From assembly GCA_004431415.1 (NCBI GenBank), contig QPMI01000520.1, positions 434,001 through 498,000 on the forward strand: a stretch of 64,000 nucleotides of DNA. The letters run 5' to 3'. The translations under genes and the position numbers were made by a program. Below the pieces are notes generated by a model. It made no database searches. It saw only the letters and a list, made by a program, of their open reading frames with translations, and had not been told where the DNA came from. Numbering within the stretch: the stretch's first letter is position 1; each line of letters opens with the position of its first letter. Shown in pieces: positions 56,759-64,000 of the stretch. Source of the stretch: Cyanophora paradoxa CCMP329 (lineage: Eukaryota > Plantae > Glaucophyta).

Positions 56759-59700
56759 CTAACAGCCGAATGGAAGGCTATGTATGCCGTCGCCTGATAT
56801 GCAGCGCTTGCTATCGAATTGGGTCAGCGCTATCCGCTTGCTCTCCAAATCATATAAGTGGTGGCATCGCCGTTGCTTGTTTACTACTGTTACTGTTTTT
56901 GTGATCCCGTCAAATAGGCAGCGCTTAAAGTCGTCGAAATGCACCTCTTTCGAGGCTGTCCCGCTCATTTTTACCTTGTCGTAGCTCTCAGTGCGGAAAG
57001 CATATAGCTTCGGGCGCAGCCCCACATACTCCACTATCTTGACGTCGGGCATCTCATTTTTATATTTACCGGGAACCATCCGGTTCTCGGGACTATAAGG
57101 GCAATCTAAATAAGGGCTGATCGCTCGCATGCCCGCTTCCAGATCCGCGCTCTCTATATACAGACAGAACGAGTCGGTATCGTGGAACAGCAGCTGAGCT
57201 TGCACGAAAGTCGGTCGGATCACGTCATAAAAGAAGCTATAATTATGCAGCTTCGCGGCATCCAGCACATAAGCGCCAATAGCCACCGGTTTGTCGAGTT
57301 TTACGTGTTTACTATACATTTCGAATGCAACCGCAGTCTCGTTTAATACATTCGTCGCTTTTACCAGTGGGCTCGCCGCATATTTCTTAAACAGCTTCGT
57401 GCTATTCGCGATCTTTACCACTGAGCGCCCGCGGCACGATTCCAGGCATTTACCGTAAATAGCATTGTTCATTAATTTAAAGAAGTCGCTCTCGAATTTA
57501 TTCCGGGCTTCCTTTCGCAGTTTCGTGTTCAGATCTATGTAGGGCTTCATAAATGCAGCGGTTGCAAACGAGAGAACCCGGTGGATCTTAGTAACTACGA
57601 TCCCCTTTTTTACCATATAGAGCAGCATCGGCTGAGAGACCACGTAATTATATTTCGGCGTAAACGAGGCGATCAGCTTCGGATCTTTACTGAGCTTCTC
57701 GCCGCTAATCTCCAAAAGCCCACGCTGATACTTGCCGAGCATGTCCGCAGTAATTACCTCTTTACTCACGATCAGCGGGAAATCGCGATGGTCGCCCTTT
57801 AAATAGTCCGGATACGCAAGGTCGACCTCTATAAATGCACTCCGCCCTACAACCTCGGTAAAAGCTGTGCTCGTGTCGTCCCAGCGATAGTCCCCGACCG
57901 GTAAAGGCTGACTTAGCGCATAGCCATATAGATTATTCGCATCCAATAGCACTATATGTTTATCCTCGCTATTAGCCTCGGCATATCGTGTGGGCATGGT
58001 CGCAAAGCCGCCCCTAATTGCCCGCTCAATAAATTCGTATTGATCCGCATCACTGATCTGTTCTATCGCGACCCTCGTATGCTTTAACATCGCGTCCCAC
58101 GATAGTCCCGGTGCGCTCACATAATGCGTGGGATCCAGACCGTATTGCTCATGTGCGAGCATACTGAATTTACCGAATTTTACCATGAGATCATTAACAT
58201 CGGACGCCTGAAAATCCATGAAATTCGAGGCGTCTATAAACTTGTAAAGTCCCCACTGTAAAGAGAGATACTCGTCGAAATTCTTACTTAGGATCTCGAC
58301 CCGCAGCTTATCGTCTTGCTGTGCGATTTTCCTGAATATAGCATGCCCGCACTCGTCCATCCGATCAATGACCACGGCTACTTTCGTTTGCTTTGAGATC
58401 CTCCTGTGTAAATTGCATTTTCGGCAAGCTTTCCCTATATAATCGCCGCTTTGGTGACAGTGATCGCGCACAGGGAAGTTTTCGTGGGTAAACCGCTGAT
58501 TGCATATATAGCAGTGCTTGGTGATTTTATAGGCTTGCTTTTGCGCCTCTGTGAGCGGAATCATAGGTGTATTGGTAAATAGGGTATTAAGCATCTCGCG
58601 GCACAGTTCCCCTAACGTGGTAAACATCTGTCCCAGCGGATCCACGCCCTCGAATTCGTGATTTTCAACATGAGAGCCCATAACAACATTAAGTGCCACC
58701 GACTTTACCTCTCGCTTGGTTCGATTTGGTTCATTAGGAACCGGCACCGACTCCATCTCTACCTTGCAGTAGCAGACAGTAGGAAGCCACACCATTTTCC
58801 TTAGGTGTTGCAGTCCGAAAGTAATAAAGCTTCCGGGCTCCGGGCATTTACCTTTACTCAGCCGCCAATCGATACAGCGATTAGAGTCGGTGTGGCTATC
58901 GAGTTTCTCCTGTGATCTAAACCGGGACAAACAGGTTTCGCAGTAGAAAATGCGCCCGTCGTTTGCTTTATCAAAGGTGGTCTTTAAGAGGCGGCTCAGT
59001 GACATTATCGTAATATAGTGACCCTGTCCGTTTGCGTCCTCGATCAGCAGCAGGTTTACCTTCGATTTACGACGCGGATTACTTGACATGTGCAGTGGAT
59101 AAAAGGTTTGGGTCGCATTGTCGGCGCCATATATATTAATTGACAGCTCGGGATTATTGTCCTCGAAACGATCTATTAATGCAGCATCGCAAGCCACCGG
59201 GAAATTAATGCCTGAGAAGTCCAGCTCAGTCATCCACCGCCTATATTGGAACGGATCATTACGTTTGTGTCTGTTTATGTCGTTTCTGTGCAGCCATGCG
59301 AGGATAGCGTAATTAAAGCAGTCGTGACCATCGATATTCTTAATATTTACTGTGGCTCGCTTTAATCCAATCCATTCGGGGGTCTCAATGTAGCAACCGC
59401 CCATCGGCGCATATGACAAAACGGCGACATGTAGCTTATCTAATTTACTGAGCCGGTAGCTGTCAACCTGTATCATCTGTTCATTCATTTGCTGAGCTAC
59501 ACCCACTAACTCAGTGAGAATATTGCGCGACCTTGTGATTACGAAATAATCGCTGTATATGTGTTTGGTGATAAAAACGTTAGGATCACTCACTTTTACG
59601 TATCGGCAGATGAAAGTAAGTCGCACCTTAATAGCTTTCAGTTCATCCAGCCTTTCTTTCAGCCGCCCAGGCAGATTTGCAGCGATGGTAGTGAGAAATT

Positions 59701-60022
59701 CCACCGGATCTAAGATTATCTGTTCATCCGCCTTATAGCTATACCAGGCGTATGCTTTATTCATTGCAAAACCGTCTTCCTCATCGGGTTCTATGACGGC
59801 TAAGCGCCGCCCTTCGGTATAGAAGCGCTCCACATTTTCCAGGCGATTGTAGAGCTCGTCGGCAATATTCGCAAGGTTAGCTAAGCGGGGTTTTCGATCT
59901 AAGATCGCCGCCCTCCGATCGTATTCGGCTTCGGTGATCTCCCCAGTGACTAAAAGACTACCTAACAAGCCTAATATTTCGTCCTTTTTCTCTTTTATAA
60001 GGCGATTAGTTTGGCGGGGCAT
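56759..60022 (-). CDS. polB: Protein-primed family B DNA polymerase with degenerate 3'-5' exonuclease
   Basis: Polymerase motifs DANNLYG, KLMNNAIYGK, HDTDS, GLRPKLY intact; Exo motifs altered; CYIC..RDHCH insertion; DGHDCFNYA..GHY. Confidence 0.93.
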   Translation of the reverse strand: MPRQTNRLIKEKKDEILGLLGSLLVTGEITEAEYDRRAAILDRKPRLANLANIADELYNRLENVERFYTEGRRLAVIEPDEEDGFAMNKAYAWYSYKADEQIILDPVEFLTTIAANLPGRLKERLDELKAIKVRLTFICRYVKVSDPNVFITKHIYSDYFVITRSRNILTELVGVAQQMNEQMIQVDSYRLSKLDKLHVAVLSYAPMGGCYIETPEWIGLKRATVNIKNIDGHDCFNYAILAWLHRNDINRHKRNDPFQYRRWMTELDFSGINFPVACDAALIDRFEDNNPELSINIYGADNATQTFYPLHMSSNPRRKSKVNLLLIEDANGQGHYITIMSLSRLLKTTFDKANDGRIFYCETCLSRFRSQEKLDSHTDSNRCIDWRLSKGKCPEPGSFITFGLQHLRKMVWLPTVCYCKVEMESVPVPNEPNRTKREVKSVALNVVMGSHVENHEFEGVDPLGQMFTTLGELCREMLNTLFTNTPMIPLTEAQKQAYKITKHCYICNQRFTHENFPVRDHCHQSGDYIGKACRKCNLHRRISKQTKVAVVIDRMDECGHAIFRKIAQQDDKLRVEILSKNFDEYLSLQWGLYKFIDASNFMDFQASDVNDLMVKFGKFSMLAHEQYGLDPTHYVSAPGLSWDAMLKHTRVAIEQISDADQYEFIERAIRGGFATMPTRYAEANSEDKHIVLLDANNLYGYALSQPLPVGDYRWDDTSTAFTEVVGRSAFIEVDLAYPDYLKGDHRDFPLIVSKEVITADMLGKYQRGLLEISGEKLSKDPKLIASFTPKYNYVVSQPMLLYMVKKGIVVTKIHRVLSFATAAFMKPYIDLNTKLRKEARNKFESDFFKLMNNAIYGKCLESCRGRSVVKIANSTKLFKKYAASPLVKATNVLNETAVAFEMYSKHVKLDKPVAIGAYVLDAAKLHNYSFFYDVIRPTFVQAQLLFHDTDSFCLYIESADLEAGMRAISPYLDCPYSPENRMVPGKYKNEMPDVKIVEYVGLRPKLYAFRTESYDKVKMSGTASKEVHFDDFKRCLFDGITKTVTVVNKQRRCHHLYDLESKRIALTQFDSKRCISGDGIHSLPFGC

Positions 60023-60099
60023 CTTTTACTCTAAGGGAACATTTTAATTTCGGGAAAGGACGCGTTCAAAAAATGTGGAAACATATTTAAGGACATCTC

Positions 60100-60109
60100 A
60101 AAAAATGAC
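60100..60109 (+). promoter_or_regulatory. Putative viral early promoter AAAAAATGAC
   Basis: 53 nt upstream of the RING ORF; same motif as in element 1. Confidence 0.5.
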
Positions 60110-60152
60110 ACGGAGGAAAACATTTTATGTGTATCAGATATAGAGAAACACA

Positions 60153-60647
60153 ATGAATACCCAAGAGATAATAGAATATTGTAAGACACTTACAAATATT
60201 CCCGTAACAGAAGCAACAAAAGAATGCACAGACAAGAACTATCTCAAATGGGAAAAGAAGAATGCCCGTAAGAAGGTAATCTTTGTTATATCACAAACGC
60301 GTAAACATCAGGACATGTTTTTACATCTTAATATGGCTTCCCAGTTTTACCATCCTCGTAGGCAGCACATATGCGCATTGGTTTACAAAGGATATAAAAT
60401 GTTAATACCACTTGACATTACGAAAGAGAAATGCATTGAGGTAATACAAAATGTTATATCGGGCTTTTCTAAAAAACAAGATGGGGAAGTTAAGTGTGTG
60501 ATTTGTTTAGAGGTTATAGAAACGGAAGATTTAGCTTGTGTGCAGTGCAATAGTTCTGTGTGTGAATCTTGTATATCCGAAATGACTTATAAACAACGTT
60601 TTTCCTGTCCAGTTTGTCGTATTGAGAGTTTGCAACAATACCATTAA
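60153..60647 (+). CDS. C-terminal RING-finger protein (putative E3 ubiquitin ligase)
   Basis: CVIC-x10-CVQC-x4-CESC-x11-CPVCR. Confidence 0.8.
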   Translation: MNTQEIIEYCKTLTNIPVTEATKECTDKNYLKWEKKNARKKVIFVISQTRKHQDMFLHLNMASQFYHPRRQHICALVYKGYKMLIPLDITKEKCIEVIQNVISGFSKKQDGEVKCVICLEVIETEDLACVQCNSSVCESCISEMTYKQRFSCPVCRIESLQQYH

Positions 60648-60657
60648 TTGCAAGTGC

Positions 60658-60894
60658 CTAAGTTAGCTTTGTGACACTTCTTACCGTTAGTCTTACGTTT
60701 TCGGGCAGCTCTATTGTCAGTTGCATAGTGTCAGATTTGATAACATGGGTTTTTGTCTTTTTACCACGGCAATTCGGGTAGTAACCGAATATTCGCCTGA
60801 AAAGATCCTGTGTGGCTTCAATATCCATGGTCGCGGTTTGAGTGATCTCGTCCGCAGTCAGGGCGTGCGTATAGGTAGGTCTGATAGCGGTCAT
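60658..60894 (-). CDS. Small viral hypothetical protein
   Basis: 78-aa ATG ORF convergent with the RING gene. Confidence 0.45.
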   Translation of the reverse strand: MTAIRPTYTHALTADEITQTATMDIEATQDLFRRIFGYYPNCRGKKTKTHVIKSDTMQLTIELPENVRLTVRSVTKLT

Positions 60895-60979
60895 TGTGTT
60901 GTCAGTATATACAATCAAAGGAAGGCTTATATACCTTAATCATATTTTGAGAATGGCACGATATACAGTATACAAAATA

Positions 60980-61250
60980 ATAAACTACTTAATTAATATA
61001 ATAAACTACATGAAACTACTTGACTTTCCTTGCAAAACTACGCAACTTGAAACCAAAACTACGCACTTAATACCAAAACTACGCAACTACGCAACTTTTG
61101 CGCTTTTCAGAATTTTTGCCGCCCCGACCTTCAAACCTTTTGCAGAAAGTTGCGTAGTTGCGTAGTTTTGGTATTAAATGCGTAGTTTCCAGTATTAAAT
61201 TGCGTAGCTTCGCTATGTAGTTGCGTAGTTACTAAAAAATGATGTAGTTA
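60980..61250. repeat. Palindromic iteron array 3 (candidate replication origin)
   Basis: 32-bp perfect inverted repeat 61067-61098 / 61146-61177, immediately after the primase-helicase stop. Confidence 0.85.
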
Positions 61251-61269
61251 TTAATTGTTTCCGTGTCGC

Positions 61270-63684
61270 TTATGCTTCAATATCGTCCTCATCTTCGTCT
61301 TCGAACTGTGTCTTGGCGATCTTAGTGAGCCCCTTATAAACTCGCTTCGACTTCCCTTTAATTGTAGTCACAGTCGATTCAATCTTGAATGTTTCGAGCA
61401 CTTTGTTACTGATAGTGCGAGTGGTAACCTTTGTCTTGATATCGTAGCTTCGCATCATTTCCGCGCAAGCTTTGAATACCTCATCGCAGGCAACATGGGC
61501 GCCCTTCTCATCTGATGGTTTGTAGTTTTCGCGCAGATAGGAACCCAGCTTATCGCTGTCGTCGAGGTATTTGGCGCTATGCTCGATGACAGATTGCGGC
61601 GGGTTTTGCAGGATCTCTTTAACTTTGCCAGTAGCGAGCATATCGATGAGAATCTGAATATTTGCCCGCTTGTATTCATTTTTCTCGTCGCCCTCAAACA
61701 TTTCCATGAGGGTTTCGTCCGCTTTCTTCTCTCCGGCTTTGGGATTAGGTGAGTAAACAGAGCGGAATGGGATCGATCGGAACCGACGCTTAATAGCTTT
61801 GTCGGGCTTTTCGATTTCCAGATTATTGTTGCACAGGATCACCATAGTAAACCGAGGCTTGAAATCAATAGGATCCTTGAAAAGTCCTCGGGCTGTGCAG
61901 AGCTCGCCACCTGTCAGTGTCTTCATCATACCGCATAGAAGCTTGTCGCCATCATTAGGTTCGTTTGCATGGGTGAGCCGGACACCTTGCTTATTAGCAA
62001 GCTCGGGAATCGGGCTATTTGCTTTGTGGACTTGTGTGAGCAAAGTAATGCTAATCGGGCGACCATAATCGCCGAATGTCTCTTGCATAAACGTTTCAAT
62101 CACACTCTTTCCATTAGCACCGACGCCTGTGAACAGATAGAACGTTTGCAGGTCGGTTTTACCTGTGAGTGCATATGCATAGAGGCTGATCAGGTAATTG
62201 TAGAGTTCCATATCTCCGCCACAGATATCCAAATAAATGTCTTTCAGTCTTTTAACCTTCTCCTGATCCACTTCCTCGCTATAATCAAAGCCGACAGTCT
62301 TGCTCACCATATCTTCCATCGTCCCCTTGCGGAAAGTCATATTATTTAGATCAAACACGCCATTGGTAAACCCCACAATATTGGGAACTGTGTCCAGAGT
62401 CGCCATAAAGTCATCGTCTTGCAGCTGTGTGATAATATGCGGTTCCAGCGACTTTTGATACGGTGTATTCTGAATCCTCTTGTGAATTGCCAGCAACATG
62501 TTGGCGCTCTTCTCAGCTTTTTCCTTCACAAGATCATCTCCACTTGCCCTGAGAGCATTGGAAAGATGATAGCCCGCCCTCTTAGAGAACCACTGTGCCA
62601 CATGCTCGGGGATCTTAGAAAGTAACGACTTCTCCGTTTTATCATATTTCCAGATACCATTTTTGGGGTTAAGGTTAAACCAGACCTTATTTGAATATTT
62701 CGTGGTCGCTTTCAGGATCTTGGCGCAGATAATTGCAACAGGATAATGGGCACCTTCAACTGAAACGGTCTTGTCAATGAGAGTATTAATTTCTAAATGG
62801 TGCTTCTCTTCCTCAGTCAGCTCTATGTTAACAGAGAACTCTTTCGGCTCGCAGTTCTCGCTATAACTTTTCACAATATACTCATTATAATTGCCATCTC
62901 GCTTTTTCTTCACCCACCAGTTATTGGAATCGTGGGATTCATCGCAGCAGGGACACAGGAACCCCTTGTTAGCCGAATTAAAGTCAAAGCCCTCATCGCG
63001 GCGTGCATAGATGTTTGGGAATAGGAACCCCATGCCACACAGTCCGGCAATAATAGCGGCTTCGGTATTATCCTTGCTCGAATTTCCCGCTTTCGGCTGT
63101 GGATTATTGGCATGCTTGTAATCGTAGTTCTCGATAATCCATTTACGGAAAGCGTCAGAGGGCTCATTGAACTTGCACGACGGTGCCCACGGCTTAATTA
63201 CCCAGGTCTTGTTAGGGCTCGGGCATACATTGAGAAGTCCCGCAGTGCCAGTGCCAGTGATGGTTTTGAGGTCGACCTTCTTGTATCCCTTAAAAGCCGG
63301 CGCGCTATCTGTGATTTTCAGCTTATCAAACTCATCAGGGCGTCGAAAGAATACATGGTAGCCCTTTCGAGTCTTTTCGAGCGGCTGATGGGCATCGAAA
63401 TCACCGGGAAACATCTCAACGAATTTCTGATACGTTTCCTCATCGTCGAAATCAACGACCATCATCGAATTCGACAGCAGAATGCCCCAATTAGTGAACT
63501 CGTTGGAAGCAAAGGCTTCGTCGTATCTTCCCCAGTTCCAAACACCGCCTTTATGGGTGTAGGCGGGCTTTTTAACCTCGTCTTTCATGGGAATAATCGT
63601 GTTTTTCGACAAGGTCTCATCGCCACGCAGCCAATCAGCGAGCTCTTGGAGTAAAGTCTTTTGTTTCAACGTCATCTTCGCCAT
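61270..63684 (-). CDS. Bifunctional Prim-Pol (AEP) + Zn module + D5-like SF3 helicase
   Basis: NWGILL..VVDFDD..KTRKGYHVFF (Prim-Pol); CPCC..H; GFTNGVFDL (D5_N); TGVGANGKS, NEP, KTLTGGE..ARGLF, CNN, AIKRR (SF3). Confidence 0.93.
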   Translation of the reverse strand: MAKMTLKQKTLLQELADWLRGDETLSKNTIIPMKDEVKKPAYTHKGGVWNWGRYDEAFASNEFTNWGILLSNSMMVVDFDDEETYQKFVEMFPGDFDAHQPLEKTRKGYHVFFRRPDEFDKLKITDSAPAFKGYKKVDLKTITGTGTAGLLNVCPSPNKTWVIKPWAPSCKFNEPSDAFRKWIIENYDYKHANNPQPKAGNSSKDNTEAAIIAGLCGMGFLFPNIYARRDEGFDFNSANKGFLCPCCDESHDSNNWWVKKKRDGNYNEYIVKSYSENCEPKEFSVNIELTEEEKHHLEINTLIDKTVSVEGAHYPVAIICAKILKATTKYSNKVWFNLNPKNGIWKYDKTEKSLLSKIPEHVAQWFSKRAGYHLSNALRASGDDLVKEKAEKSANMLLAIHKRIQNTPYQKSLEPHIITQLQDDDFMATLDTVPNIVGFTNGVFDLNNMTFRKGTMEDMVSKTVGFDYSEEVDQEKVKRLKDIYLDICGGDMELYNYLISLYAYALTGKTDLQTFYLFTGVGANGKSVIETFMQETFGDYGRPISITLLTQVHKANSPIPELANKQGVRLTHANEPNDGDKLLCGMMKTLTGGELCTARGLFKDPIDFKPRFTMVILCNNNLEIEKPDKAIKRRFRSIPFRSVYSPNPKAGEKKADETLMEMFEGDEKNEYKRANIQILIDMLATGKVKEILQNPPQSVIEHSAKYLDDSDKLGSYLRENYKPSDEKGAHVACDEVFKACAEMMRSYDIKTKVTTRTISNKVLETFKIESTVTTIKGKSKRVYKGLTKIAKTQFEDEDEDDIEA

Positions 63685-64000
63685 TTTCGATGTCTTTCTA
63701 CCTTAATGCAAGAAATTAATTTTTCTTAGGCTGATCAAATTTTGGCGAGTTGTCTTTAAATGCCCTACAAATTTTTTCCCGATGACTAAAACCGATTAGG
63801 GAGCTTGCCGATATGCATCGGAAAGCCGCTTGAAAAATAAGGAATGGATTCAGCGGCGGATTGCGTTTAATACTTGCGGGGTCGCCCGCGGTTTCCACTA
63901 TGGATGCCCTCTTCTTGCTTGCGACGGTAGTAATATTCTAGCGCCTTTTTCTTTTTTAATTCGCGATATTCGGGATCGTCGTTATAGCGCATCCGCTGTT

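Larger units (their letters stand above)
51840..64000. mobile_element. Second endogenous Polinton-like/integrating DNA element (element 2); right end outside window, left end approximate
   Basis: Abrupt GC drop at 51840; intronless rve integrase, pPolB, RING and primase-helicase genes. No capsid gene in the visible part. Confidence 0.85.

Noticed and set aside
61234-61244. AAAAAATGATG as a promoter
   Set aside because: It points into the 3' end of the antisense primase gene with no credible ORF downstream; it also shows the motif can occur by chance.

Overview
Eukaryotic (protist/alga-like) genomic DNA. Positions 1-27200 are very GC-rich host genes with many short (~50-80 nt) introns: a Cys-rich-repeat/VP-rich protein, taxilin, full-length TEP1, a CSTPP1/C11orf49 homolog, an MLF-family protein and condensin II subunit CAP-D3. 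From ~27200 the window is a mobile-element island. (1) A complete 11.9-kb AT-rich endogenous Polinton-like virus (29951-41855) has 335-bp TIRs, a 6-bp TSD, packaging ATPase, major and minor capsid, protein-primed PolB and rve integrase, but no maturation protease. (2) A tyrosine-recombinase (DIRS/PAT-like) retrotransposon (43039-48892) has split direct repeats that divide it into two units with the same ends, A-gag-B and A-pol-YR-B. (3) A second AT-rich integrating DNA element (~51840 to beyond 64000) carries an rve integrase, a pPolB with a degenerate proofreading exonuclease, a RING protein, a Prim-Pol/SF3 primase-helicase and three palindromic iteron arrays. Non-structural genes of both viral elements are preceded by an AAAAAATGA motif resembling the giant-virus early promoter AAAATTGA. 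All calls come from reading motifs by eye, with no database searches. Scattered 1-nt frameshifts, also present in conserved host genes, may be assembly errors.
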